Notes: generated by a model not told the origin, from the sequence alone. A stretch of 64,000 nt of DNA from an uncultured Chloroflexia bacterium (GCA_963797095.1 CAWCNY010000003.1:704001-768000); one strand, 5' to 3'; positions 7,932 through 17,829 are shown, numbered from the stretch's first letter. Translations and numbers: made by a program.

Positions 7932-10673
7932 ATGGATAGTACTTCCACTTCATTCGGCCAATGGCTCAGAAAAACGCGTAAAGCCCAGGGCATAACCCAG
8001 GAAGAGCTCGCGTCACAAATCGGCTGTGCCTTCGAGACAATTCGGAAGATCGAGGCAGGAAGCAGGCGCCCATCGCGCCAGATGGCCGAGCTAATCGCGC
8101 GCAAGCTTGGCATAGCTGAGCGGGACCTACCCGAATTCGCCGCCTGGGCAAGAGCCGATTCAAACAGGCAGCACGCGCCTGCTCCTATCGAACACAATGA
8201 TCAGGGCACAGGCACGTCCCCACATCTCACCCCTCATCCCTCACGTTTCACGTCCAGCGGCATCCCCTCCCCGCCAACCCCGTTCATCGGTCGCCAGGAC
8301 GAAGTACAGGCCGTTTGCCATCTCCTCGAAGGCGAGCGCACGCGCCTCGTCACCCTCTTGGGTCCACCCGGCATAGGCAAGACCCGCCTCGCCATTGAGG
8401 TCGCCCGCACCTGCAAACAAGACTTCGAACACGGCACGTTCTTTGCAGAGATGGCCTCCATTTCAACCCATGAACTATTCATCCCAACCCTCGCCGCCGC
8501 CATTGGCATCAAGGGCAGGGGTGGCCCCGACGGCGTGAGCGACCCCCACCGTATCATCTACGACCACCTGTGCGGGCGTCGTGCCCTCCTCGTGCTCGAC
8601 AATATGGAGCACATCCTCCCCGAAGCCGCTAACGAAGTGATCGACCTGCTAGATGCCTGTCCCCACCTCAGAATCCTCGCCACCAGCAGAGAACCCCTCC
8701 ACATTTACGGCGAACGCGAGTACGATGTGCCTCCCCTCACCAACGCCCAGGTCGACCCGGACCCTGATGCGAAGTCCCCCAACCTCGCGCGCCCACCCTC
8801 GTACTATGAACAATACGAGGCCGTGCAGCTTTTCCTCCAGCGCGCACACGATGTCGATCCCAATCTGACCCTCACCGAAAACCACGCCTCCTACATAGCC
8901 CGCATCTGCCATCAACTGGATGATTTGCCCCTCGCCATTGAGCTAGCAGCCGCCCAGTGCAAAGTGCTGACACCCAAAGTATTGCTAGCCCGCCTCTCCA
9001 AAAAGCTCGCCTTGCTAACACGAGGCGCGAACGACCTTCCTGATCGCCAGCAGACCCTCTTTGGAGCCATAGATTGGAGCTACAAACTCCTCACCGAGAG
9101 AGAACGCAAACTCTTCAGGCGCTTGAGCGTCTTCAAAGGGGGCGCATCCCTCGAAGCAATAGAGGCTATATGTGCCCTGCCGGGCGAGCAAGGCTCTGAT
9201 CTACTGAACTCAATTAGCGCCCTCGTAGACAAGAGCCTTCTAAGACGTGAAACAGATGACGAAGGCGAGCCACGCTTCTATATGCTCCTGACAATCGGAG
9301 AATATGCCGCCGGTCGCCTGAACGAAAGCGACGAAGCAGCAACTATACGCGAGCGTCACGCAGCCTACTACACCGCCCTCGCCGAGCACGCCGAATCTGC
9401 CCTCACAAGCGCCAGGCGCGAAACCTGGCTCAGCATCCTCGACGCCGAGCTATACAACCTCCGCGCCGCCATGCGATGGGCATTGCAATCCGACACCGAC
9501 AACCAGGCAAGCGCCAGGCCCATCCAGGCCCTCCAGGTCGCCGGGGCGCTCCACTGGTTCTGGTTCCTGCGCGGGCGCAGTATTGAAGGCCGCGACTGGC
9601 TTGAGAAATCACTTGCCGCCGCCCACAACCAAAACACCTACGAACACAACAACACCAAACCAATCCTCGCCAGGGCGCTTGACGCGGCGGGCAGGCTTGC
9701 CCTCATGCAAAGCGATTTCGATAGCGTCCTTCCCCTCCTCGAACAGGGCGTGGCTCTCTGGCGTGATATTGGCGACAAGCGCGGGCTGGCCTACGCCCTC
9801 ACCAACCTGGGCGTTGCCATCGTCTACCTGGGCCGTCAGGATGGCTCCGCAGGCACGGCCCTTATCGAAGAAGCCGCCGCCATCTTCAAAGATCTGAAAG
9901 ATAACTGGGGCCTCGCTTTCGCCCTCGATTTCATGGGCGACGCCATCGCCCTCCTCGGCGGCAGCGACGAACGGGTAGCCAGGCACAAATTGCAAAGCCT
10001 TAACCTCTACCGGGACCTCGAGGACAGCTGGGGTATCGCCTCCCTCCTCAGCGACCTCGGCTACACGGCCCTCCGCCAGGACGATTTCAACAGAGCGCGC
10101 CAGTACCTCGAAGAGGCCCTCGAAGTAGCGCGCATCGTAGGTGACAAGCGCTATATCGCCTTCGCCGTCGGTGGCCTGGCCGAGGTTACCTGGCACATGG
10201 GTAACCTCGTTGAAACGCACAAACTCTTCACCGAGAGCCTGGAACTCCACCGCGAATTGGGCGAGCGCCTCGGCGAGGCAACCGCCCTCCGCAACCTCGG
10301 CCTTCTCGCCCATACCGAAGGCAAAGTATACGAAGCGAGCAAACTCTTCAGGCAAAGCCTTAAGATCGCCCAGGAGGTCGGCAACAAGCAAAACCTGGCC
10401 CTCATGCTGGGTGCTGCTGCCGGGCTGATCGGGGCGGTCGGCAAGACCAGGGAGGCCGCCCGTCTGCTCGGCGCATCAGATACCCTACGCGAATCGAGCG
10501 GCGGTCTCCTCCCCCCCACCGACCGCATCCAGCGGACCTATACCTACGAAACCCTCCGCTCTCTACTGGGCGACTCCAGCCTCGAAGAGGAAATGGCGAA
10601 TGGCAAAGCTACTCCTCTGGAGCGAAGTCTACAACTAGTTGAATCCGGCCTCCTGTCTATCTACACAGATTAA
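7932..10673 (+). CDS. XRE-HTH / NB-ARC (STAND) ATPase / TPR transcriptional regulator
   Basis: FGQWLRK..TQEELA..IRKIEAGSRRPS; Walker A GPPGIGKT; LLVLDNMEH; LPLAIELAAA; C-terminal TPRs. The ORF opens at 7890. Confidence 0.92.
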   Translation: MDSTSTSFGQWLRKTRKAQGITQEELASQIGCAFETIRKIEAGSRRPSRQMAELIARKLGIAERDLPEFAAWARADSNRQHAPAPIEHNDQGTGTSPHLTPHPSRFTSSGIPSPPTPFIGRQDEVQAVCHLLEGERTRLVTLLGPPGIGKTRLAIEVARTCKQDFEHGTFFAEMASISTHELFIPTLAAAIGIKGRGGPDGVSDPHRIIYDHLCGRRALLVLDNMEHILPEAANEVIDLLDACPHLRILATSREPLHIYGEREYDVPPLTNAQVDPDPDAKSPNLARPPSYYEQYEAVQLFLQRAHDVDPNLTLTENHASYIARICHQLDDLPLAIELAAAQCKVLTPKVLLARLSKKLALLTRGANDLPDRQQTLFGAIDWSYKLLTERERKLFRRLSVFKGGASLEAIEAICALPGEQGSDLLNSISALVDKSLLRRETDDEGEPRFYMLLTIGEYAAGRLNESDEAATIRERHAAYYTALAEHAESALTSARRETWLSILDAELYNLRAAMRWALQSDTDNQASARPIQALQVAGALHWFWFLRGRSIEGRDWLEKSLAAAHNQNTYEHNNTKPILARALDAAGRLALMQSDFDSVLPLLEQGVALWRDIGDKRGLAYALTNLGVAIVYLGRQDGSAGTALIEEAAAIFKDLKDNWGLAFALDFMGDAIALLGGSDERVARHKLQSLNLYRDLEDSWGIASLLSDLGYTALRQDDFNRARQYLEEALEVARIVGDKRYIAFAVGGLAEVTWHMGNLVETHKLFTESLELHRELGERLGEATALRNLGLLAHTEGKVYEASKLFRQSLKIAQEVGNKQNLALMLGAAAGLIGAVGKTREAARLLGASDTLRESSGGLLPPTDRIQRTYTYETLRSLLGDSSLEEEMANGKATPLERSLQLVESGLLSIYTD

Positions 10674-10728
10674 TCTCTGACAGGAAAAAAGCTATCTTAA
10701 ACGGGCTGGACCTGCCCCCGCTTCATTT

Positions 10729-10747
10729 TGTGACACTTCTAGTGACG
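10729..10747 (-). promoter_or_regulatory. Putative operator CGTCACTAGAAGTGTCACA (copy 3), upstream of the protease-precursor operon
   Basis: Reverse complement matches the 7776 box at 17 of 19 positions. Confidence 0.55.
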
Positions 10748-10822
10748 GTAAATCCACTTGTATATCCCATAGAATGTCTGTAGAGTAATAGACACTCTAG
10801 TTCGCTCCGCGGCGCGTGAGAG

Positions 10823-12478
10823 ATGGGTAAGTATAAAGTCGATACCGCCATTCACAGTCCTACTGACACTGTAGCCTACCACCAACAAGATACCAGCCAT
10901 TGGTGCGCCTCAGCCTGCGCGCTCATGGTGCTCCATACTCTTGGCGTGACACGTTCGGCGGGCTTCCCGCTCGACCAAAAGCGTGTGCGCATGGTAGCAC
11001 AAAACAGCGCCAGGTCCGACCCTACTTATCAATGGGTCGCGGCCCCCGATGGCCTGACGGCAGCTCTCAACTACTTCTGCGAGCGCAGCGATGTGGCCCT
11101 CCCAGATAAGCAAGGCGCAACCAGGCGCTGGGAGTTGGTGGCCGCCGACACCGAGGAAGAGGTCTCCCGCTACATAGTCTGGACCCTCTGGCACTACCGC
11201 AGCCCGGCCATCGCCCTCGTCTTTGGTATGCAGCACTGGCTGGTCGTCGGCGGGTGCGTTACCAGCGCCCCACCTAAAGGCCCCGACGACACAGGCTACG
11301 ACATAATTGGCTTCCACCTCAGCGACCCCTGGCCCCCCATTCCTCGTGAGCTTGCCCGCAACGACCACTTCCAACACATGGACCGCCGCGAACCGACCGG
11401 CAGCTTCGTCGCCATAGACGGCTGCGGCAGCGGCTGGCAAGGAGACCCCAACAGCGACGTCCTGGGCGGGCGTGGCGTAGCCCTTCGCTACGTCTCTTAT
11501 AACGACTGGCGCGTCCGCGATCATAGCACCCCCGACCGCAGACGTCATACCGGCTACATGACCGGCATCCCTCCCACCCTCAAGCTAACCACCAGGCGCG
11601 GCAAGCCCGACATCCCGGTCCGCTCGCGCTGGGTCGGCAAATTCCTCGCCATCTGCGACCCCGTAACCACCACACAATCCCGCCGCACCACCGCAACAAG
11701 CGAACCCGCCGAGAGGTTCCTGACAGGTCTCCCAACCACCCCCCAGGCCCCCAAAGGCAATCCACAGAGCCTTCAACAGAACAAAGGACTCCTCTTGCGG
11801 CAAATATCACCCGCCGAAGCTATCGAGGTCGCCACACAAGCCCTGAGCAAAGAAAGTGCCTATTTGGAGCAGCCCCTGCAAGCCCATACAACCACACACG
11901 ATGGGGCTAAACAAGTCGATTTGCAGCAAGATCGGTTGCCATCAAACGCGGCACAGGCCGGAGAGCCTCTGCTAGTCGAATGGCTCGACGAACCTGGCAC
12001 CTACCACCTGGAATCGGCTTACTACATAATCCCTTTCACCTCGCATGGAGCGCAACACACTGCCGTACGCATAGCGGCCCGCATGCCCTTCTGGCTAAAA
12101 GATGCGCGCGAGGAACAAGAGGAGAAAAGCAAACTCTTTCTGGGTTTCAATATGCTTGCGCAAAACAGCCGCAATAATCACGAGGCGCGGCAGGCTTCCG
12201 CGATCATGGGCGCAGACAGAGCGCGCACCATCATAACGGGCGGCTCTTTCAGAGGTACACAAGGAGAGCGTATCGCCGTGCCGAACACCTACACAGGCAC
12301 GGGTAGAGCGGTCTGGAAGCCCTGCATCGAATCGTTCGATCCCTACTGTCCCTTCTACGAATTCGCGATCCAGGCGGCAGAAAATAACAGTAATCGTAGC
12401 GAGCCTGCGTACTTGTACGTTCGGGCCTTTGACGGGAAGGTATTCACCCACCTGACCGAACACTTCGGCGGCGCATGA
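10823..12478 (+). CDS. Papain-fold (C39-like) cysteine peptidase with C-terminal accessory domain; candidate RiPP leader peptidase 1
   Basis: YHQQDTSHWCASAC (Gln..Cys), QHWLVV (His), LSDPWP (Asp). The C-terminal YYIIPF..VWKPC..PFYEF domain is shared with 20351-21001. Confidence 0.75.
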   Translation: MGKYKVDTAIHSPTDTVAYHQQDTSHWCASACALMVLHTLGVTRSAGFPLDQKRVRMVAQNSARSDPTYQWVAAPDGLTAALNYFCERSDVALPDKQGATRRWELVAADTEEEVSRYIVWTLWHYRSPAIALVFGMQHWLVVGGCVTSAPPKGPDDTGYDIIGFHLSDPWPPIPRELARNDHFQHMDRREPTGSFVAIDGCGSGWQGDPNSDVLGGRGVALRYVSYNDWRVRDHSTPDRRRHTGYMTGIPPTLKLTTRRGKPDIPVRSRWVGKFLAICDPVTTTQSRRTTATSEPAERFLTGLPTTPQAPKGNPQSLQQNKGLLLRQISPAEAIEVATQALSKESAYLEQPLQAHTTTHDGAKQVDLQQDRLPSNAAQAGEPLLVEWLDEPGTYHLESAYYIIPFTSHGAQHTAVRIAARMPFWLKDAREEQEEKSKLFLGFNMLAQNSRNNHEARQASAIMGADRARTIITGGSFRGTQGERIAVPNTYTGTGRAVWKPCIESFDPYCPFYEFAIQAAENNSNRSEPAYLYVRAFDGKVFTHLTEHFGGA

Positions 12479-12551
12479 CCGGACCGCAAAACATGGCGGC
12501 TTGTGTTTCGCGCTCCCAGGTCACAGAGTTCAAATCATTGAGGAGGATGAC

Positions 12552-13019
12552 ATGGCACAGGATTGGATACAGAACAAGTTGGTAAGCGATATAGAGGACG
12601 GCCTATGGGGCGAGCGACTTCCCAAGAACCTGGTAGCGGTCTGGGGCTTCCCCGCCAACTCAGGACGCGAAGAATACGACCGCCTTTATCTATCCCTTAA
12701 TTTCAACGAGTACATCGAGTTCCCCCACAACGGCGTAGTCCACGTGGAGGACGCGGGTGGGCCTGACAACCCTTTCAGCGGTTCGATGGTCTGGCTGAGG
12801 CATGATACCCCCGTAGACCACGTGCGCATCGACGCCGTTGACCTCCAGCGCGGCTTCCTGCAAGGCGGAATAGCAGGCTCCCTCATGGGCAACGCCCAGA
12901 ACATGACTGCCAACAACGCCAACGCCCTGGCTGGAGTAGCTGCCGGTGGCGGCACTCTCGTATGCACAGGTGGCGGCACGCTCGTCTGCACAGCAGGCGG
13001 CCCCGGCACAGACGGCTAA
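12552..13019 (+). CDS. RiPP precursor 1: ~130-aa leader plus repeated core (GGGTLVCT)2
   Basis: AGGAGG RBS at 12541. Leader is homologous to 17154-17618. 24-nt tandem repeat at 12945-12992 differs only at synonymous sites. Confidence 0.8.
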   Translation: MAQDWIQNKLVSDIEDGLWGERLPKNLVAVWGFPANSGREEYDRLYLSLNFNEYIEFPHNGVVHVEDAGGPDNPFSGSMVWLRHDTPVDHVRIDAVDLQRGFLQGGIAGSLMGNAQNMTANNANALAGVAAGGGTLVCTGGGTLVCTAGGPGTDG

Positions 13020-13039
13020 CCCACACCAGGCCGAAAACG

Positions 13040-13135
13040 CATTCAGGGGGTGTCACCCCCGCCGAGTGGTTGGGATGTCTCCCAACTCTCCCCTTTCCCC
13101 ACCTTACGGGGAAAGGGGTCAGGGGTGACGGGCAA
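13040..13135. repeat. REP-like GC-rich palindromic element between convergent genes
   Basis: CAGGGGGTGTCACCCCCG..TTGGGATGTCTCCCAA..CCCTTTCCCC/GGGGAAAGGG. Related to 15636, 28106 and 56080. Confidence 0.6.
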
Positions 13136-13188
13136 ACGCCCATCTCCCCATCTATGTCTATGCCAGGAGACCTATCCCTGAAACCCCT

Positions 13189-15594
13189 TCAGGGCACTCT
13201 ACCCCATGCTTTCGGCTCAACAAGAAGTACCGAAGGCACCTGCGGGTGTGCCAACCTCAAATAGAAGTGCCCTATCCCTGCTACCCCAAGCATCAGGCCC
13301 GGAGCCTGAGCATTCGGCCTGCCTCCCGTCCCGCACGCCCACCACCCATTCGCCTTATACCTGCGCGTCCCTTCCTCCCCTACCTCTTGAGCCAGGCTCC
13401 CTAGAGCCGCCCTTTCGCCATCACCCATCACACCACCAAGCGCGGCATGCCCCAATATGGTCGCGTTACCCGCCAGCCCGTGACACAGGGAATAATTACT
13501 CCCCCTCATCGCCAGGTCGCTCCGAACCGCATGTTCCGTCGTGCCGATAGCGATCCGCGCCTCCTCCCGGCGGGCCTCTTCCCCGGTCAACTCATAAGCG
13601 CGTAACCGCGACAGCGCAATCCCCGGCGCGCCATGACACCAGTACGTCATATAAACGAGAGCATCCCCTTCCCGGCCCCTCCCCCGCGACGGCCCTGTCT
13701 CCCGGAAATCAGGCCAGTTTCCCAACCTGCAATTCAACCACCCTTCCTCGTACCTGAAAGCGCCAAGCGCGGCCTCTCGGTATTGCCCATCCCCCGTCGC
13801 ATCCCACAATTCCAGCAGAGCGTACCCTATCCCCGCCGCCCCATGTGAAAACCCCGTAAGCGGCGCGGCCACCTTGCTCCCCACGCTCGGCCACGACAGC
13901 GCTCCCGACCTCTTATGCACCCGCGCCGAAGCCACCAACTCCTCGCCCAGCCGAACAGCGTAATCCAGGAGAAAGGGCGCGCCTGTAACCGACATAAGCG
14001 CCAAACACCCCACTATACCCCCGGCACTCCCCGTCAGCAGGTCGTACTCGTGCCCTGGGTGATCCTCCGAGGCACAGCGCCGCGCAATCTCGATGCCCGC
14101 CTCCAACATCTCTGCCTCACCAAGCAGCAGACCCGCCCTCCCCGCACCAAGCGCGATTCCCAGCCACCCCGTGTACAAGCCGGGTCGCGCCGCGGGCTTA
14201 AAAGCCTCCGCCTTATAGTAAGCATGGCGAAACGCCCCCAGCGCGCTTCGCCGCGCCTCCTCGTCGCCCGTCAACGCCGCGTATTCCGCCAGGAAAAGCC
14301 CAACACCAGCCGTGCCCGTATACAGATCGGGTCCAAGCGTGCTCCACTCCTCACGCCGCCCGCTGATCTCCGTCCCCTTCCTCTCATACAACACCTCGGT
14401 GCCGAGCCAGTTGCACATCCCCTCGTACCACACCGCGTCCGCCACAAGCTGATCCGCTATCGTGGATTCGTTCGAATTTATACCCGATCCAGACCGAGCA
14501 ATCTCGCCGATGCCGGCCCTTTTACCCCCAACCCCACGTCTCTCGCCCACACTTTTCGCGATTCGGCCCTCGTCAAACTGGAATGTGTAATTCCCCTCAG
14601 AACCCGCACCAAGATACGGCTGTTCGAGCGAGATACCCGCCTCATTGAAGCGATCAACCACCGCCCGAAGCCGGTCCTCAATCGAATGTGCGCCCTCCTC
14701 ATAAGCCCGGATAAGCCCATCCGCCACCAGCCCACACCTGTGCAGGCCGAAGCTATCCCCATCGCCTGGGTCTTCAGCAAGGCCCAACCCCGGTGCCAGC
14801 ATCAGAGTAAAAGCGGGCACAACACGCTGCATCTCTCCGTACAGGCTCGGGTAAATCTCCTCAAGCAGCGATGCCACCCTCCGGTAATGCCCCCGCCGAA
14901 TATACAGCACCCCTGCATCACACCGCTCGTACCTCTCGGGGTCATTCAGCACCTTCAGCCTGAACGGCACCTTTGCCCTATTCAAAGCTTCAGTACACAG
15001 TCGCATCAAGCCCGCCGCTCCCTCAGGCGTCACGTGCCAGTAAAAGCGCACCAGTTCCCCGCCACTCTCCTGAGAGCCATCATCCGGCGCGTCCAGGTCG
15101 AGATTCCCCACCGCCATATAGAAACCGGGCGACACAGCAGGAAGCTCCTTGCCAAACCGCAACAGCAGACCTCGTCCCCCCTCACCCTTCCTTCGGTAGC
15201 TCCCTTCCCCCGCCACCAGCAACAACCCCGCCCGTCCGGCAGCCACCAGCCCCGGCCCCAACCCCTCCAGGTCCACCTCCTCCCACCCATCGGCCCAGTA
15301 CCCCTGCCCGCTATTCGCTTCCGACAGCCTCTCGACATATGGAGCCTGCCCCCCCAATTTCCCGGCCCCCTCGCCCTCGCGCACAGGGATAGCCGACCCC
15401 GCACAATAGAAATGGCTGTAGAGGCGTGATTGAAGCGTATATTGAAGGAAACTGCGTGCCGTCCTCGGCGTGATCTCTCGCTCGATCCGGGGCAGCAATC
15501 GAGGCGAGCGCTTACCGAACCACGAAAAGACGGTGGACGAGTGTATATGCACAGCGCCAACAGCGCCGCTCAACTGCATCTCGTAATTGCTCAT
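13189..15594 (-). CDS. HopA1-like (LanY-type lyase) / LanC cyclase fusion
   Basis: N-terminal half: SPGFYMAVG, VRFYWHV, PFRLKVL..YERCDAGVLY, LAPGLGLAEDP..SFGLHRC (HopA1 family). C-terminal half: DLYTGTAG, GFSHGAAG, WCHGAPG, LCHGLAG, GLMLGVAGIG (LanC catalytic His and Zn ligands). The ORF opens at 15636. Confidence 0.88.
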   Translation of the reverse strand: MSNYEMQLSGAVGAVHIHSSTVFSWFGKRSPRLLPRIEREITPRTARSFLQYTLQSRLYSHFYCAGSAIPVREGEGAGKLGGQAPYVERLSEANSGQGYWADGWEEVDLEGLGPGLVAAGRAGLLLVAGEGSYRRKGEGGRGLLLRFGKELPAVSPGFYMAVGNLDLDAPDDGSQESGGELVRFYWHVTPEGAAGLMRLCTEALNRAKVPFRLKVLNDPERYERCDAGVLYIRRGHYRRVASLLEEIYPSLYGEMQRVVPAFTLMLAPGLGLAEDPGDGDSFGLHRCGLVADGLIRAYEEGAHSIEDRLRAVVDRFNEAGISLEQPYLGAGSEGNYTFQFDEGRIAKSVGERRGVGGKRAGIGEIARSGSGINSNESTIADQLVADAVWYEGMCNWLGTEVLYERKGTEISGRREEWSTLGPDLYTGTAGVGLFLAEYAALTGDEEARRSALGAFRHAYYKAEAFKPAARPGLYTGWLGIALGAGRAGLLLGEAEMLEAGIEIARRCASEDHPGHEYDLLTGSAGGIVGCLALMSVTGAPFLLDYAVRLGEELVASARVHKRSGALSWPSVGSKVAAPLTGFSHGAAGIGYALLELWDATGDGQYREAALGAFRYEEGWLNCRLGNWPDFRETGPSRGRGREGDALVYMTYWCHGAPGIALSRLRAYELTGEEARREEARIAIGTTEHAVRSDLAMRGSNYSLCHGLAGNATILGHAALGGVMGDGERAALGSLAQEVGEEGTRRYKANGWWACGTGGRPNAQAPGLMLGVAGIGHFYLRLAHPQVPSVLLVEPKAWGRVP

Positions 15595-15635
15595 AATTGG
15601 TGAATTATACAAAATCGCGGGAGCAAATATGAGCA

Positions 15636-15690
15636 AAGAAGGAGTGCAGGGGCGAAGTCCCAGCCGGGGCCTCAGGTGTCCCTACCCTTC
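15636..15690. repeat. REP-like element (GGAGTGCAGGGGCGAAGTCC..GGTGTCCCT)
   Basis: Similar to 56085-56140 and 28106-28170. Confidence 0.5.
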
Positions 15691-15764
15691 CATATCTCCC
15701 TAACATCTCTCACGAGTACGCACCTGCGCCTGCGCAGCAATTCTACCCCAATAAACCACCCGAA

Positions 15765-15824
15765 AGTACACCCCAAAACCTGTCCAGTTTTGCCCCATCA
15801 ACGTCACTTAGTATATAGAGGCAA
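15765..15824 (+). repeat. 60-bp dispersed intergenic repeat, copy 1
   Basis: AGTACACCCCAAAACCTGTCCAGTTTTGCCCCATCAA...; 49/60 identical to 41529-41588 by manual alignment. Confidence 0.75.
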
Positions 15825-15889
15825 ACCGACCATCCACCACCCGAATCTCAACAAAAAGCCGGAAGACTACCCGATGGTCTACATTATTG

Positions 15890-17119
15890 TCAGGTCTGAA
15901 CTTGCTGCCAGAGCATTCTGCGCGTACCAAGCGGAATCCCCAACAACGCAATCGAAGCCTCTTCCGGGCGCTGGAGGATATTGAACGCAAGCTGTAACAA
16001 CACAACAATATTACCCGTCAGCAAGGCAGATACCTGCCCCTGCTCATAGGCCGTCTGCACCAGCCGGGCAGTGGCATACCGCACCGACCGGATCAGAAAC
16101 GCATCATGCAACCCAGGGTCGGTCAACCCACTCCCGCTCACATAAGCCGACCAGAAAGCCCGTATAGCCGGTCTCATCTTATCCAATGGATATCGCGCCA
16201 GGTCCAGAAACCGGTCGGGCGGGTCCTGCCCCGTAACAGGGATCGAAAGGAGCCAGTATGTCAGATACTCACCAAAAAACGAGCCGACATCCCAGCAGGG
16301 ATCGCCCAGCCTCGACAACTCCCAATCCACTATCTTCACGCCCGAAGACCAATCATAAGCGACCCCACCGCCCCCTCCGCAGGTCGGGCGATGCGCAAGT
16401 ATATTATTCCACTTGATATCGCAATGTATAGACGTATGCGAAATAGCCGCTTCCGCCCCTCAGCCCCTACCCACTCCTGCCTCAGACCATCAAGCAGCGC
16501 GCAGAACTCCGGAAATCTCTGCACGATCTTCACCGTCTGCACATTAGCATTCGAGAGCAACCCAAGCTCCCGCAAATAAGGCCTGTGCACAGACAATATC
16601 CAGTGTGGGGACCCACCATAAAACGAACGCTCAAGCACCCTGAACAGATTCAGGGTTATCTTCCAGCGTGATCGAATGAAGCGCCGCCAGCGCCCGCCCG
16701 ACCTCCCGCGCCAACCCGACCGAGAACTTGCCGGTGCGCGTGTGCCGCTCGCCAAGCGTCTCAGCCTCCCTCACCAGATCAAGAATTAGGGTGCTATCCG
16801 CCTCCTCAAAACCAAAGAAGCGAGGCAGAAAGCGAGCCACACCCGTCCCTGCCCCGCTCCCAAGCAGAGCCTCATAAACCGCCGCCTCATGCCCCACAGT
16901 AGCAGACCGCTCCGCCCCCACTCCCTGCTTCAGCAGATAAGAAGGCCCCAACTCGCTCTCAACCCGGAAGTTAGTATTGCGAAACGAAGCGTCGGAGATG
17001 CGAAGGGCATCCGCAACCAACACTCGCGATGATAGAAGTTCGTTCTGGAGGAGATAGTTGAGAATGATCCATTGTGCAGGCCGAGCCAATCTTTCGTCAG
17101 ACCTCAGCGACTCAAACAT
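15890..17119 (-). pseudogene. APH-family Ser/Thr kinase (LanK type) with two compensating frameshifts (real or assembly error)
   Basis: RNTNFRV..YLLKQ..HEAAVY..ALAALH (frame A); PHWILSVHRP (frame B); IHCDIKWNNIL..KIVDWE..GDPCWDVG (frame A again). The shifts near 16640 and 16460 both fall in G/C runs. Confidence 0.82.
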
Positions 17120-17153
17120 TGCACTATCTCGTTGTGCGGATAAGTACCATACG

Positions 17154-17618
17154 TCACGTCTTGGCCTTACCACCCTTATTGGGCTTTTCGCCACATCCAC
17201 AGTTAGGCTTGGTGCTACATCCACCATGAACCGACCCTGCAAGCAACGCTTCTACTAGACCAGTCTCGCCGAGGCTAGCTGCAAGATCAGCATGAGGCAG
17301 ATAGAGTGTTGCTAGATCACCCACCAGAAAAGTCTGTACGCGGTCAACCTCAGTTGCACCGCCAAACCACACAATGGCAGGCTCGAGGGCCTCAGGATCA
17401 CCCTGCTTCTGGTGGTCCTTACTTACTTGAAAGACAAACTCAACCACGTCCTTCCCGAATCTTAGGTACTCATCGAAAGCTAGCGATCGATATAAGCGCC
17501 AAGTGTCTTTCGCCTCATCTTTCTGCAGATAACCACTTATTGGAACCAAATTCTTACCTAGGTTCCTGATCTCCTCAATAAGTGGATTACTGCGCAACCC
17601 CTCTTTCGTGTCGGCCAT
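17154..17618 (-). CDS. RiPP precursor 2: shared large leader plus core GG-CSTKPNCGCGEKPNKGGKAKT
   Basis: GGAGGAG RBS before ATG 17618. KNLV..G(Y/F)..RLY.SL.F.EY..F..VW..T.VD.V..FL.G motifs are shared with precursor 1. Confidence 0.8.
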   Translation of the reverse strand: MADTKEGLRSNPLIEEIRNLGKNLVPISGYLQKDEAKDTWRLYRSLAFDEYLRFGKDVVEFVFQVSKDHQKQGDPEALEPAIVWFGGATEVDRVQTFLVGDLATLYLPHADLAASLGETGLVEALLAGSVHGGCSTKPNCGCGEKPNKGGKAKT

Positions 17619-17829
17619 CTTCTCCTCCATTCTGTCAATCGAGACAACTGTTACAGCACACCATTGAGAGCGAATGGGCCAATGTATGGGCTCAGCAACG
17701 GACCAAAAGGCACAGTGATAACGACGTTCAGATAATGCCAATCATACGTGATATGAAAGCGTCTGGACCCACCATATTGTACATCTGACTTTTCACTATG
17801 TCAACACTCAGGTGTTATTGGGGTGCATT

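Noticed and set aside
7932-10673. Avs/NLR-like anti-phage STAND protein
   Set aside because: The N-terminus is an XRE HTH with no nuclease, TIR or other effector, which fits a transcriptional regulator.
13915-15429. 504-aa plus-strand ORF
   Set aside because: Antisense shadow of the HopA1-LanC gene; R/P-rich with no motifs.
13189-15594. Type III secretion effector or class II LanM
   Set aside because: No T3SS genes nearby. The N-terminal half has HopA1-type motifs rather than LanM dehydratase motifs, and a separate kinase is adjacent.
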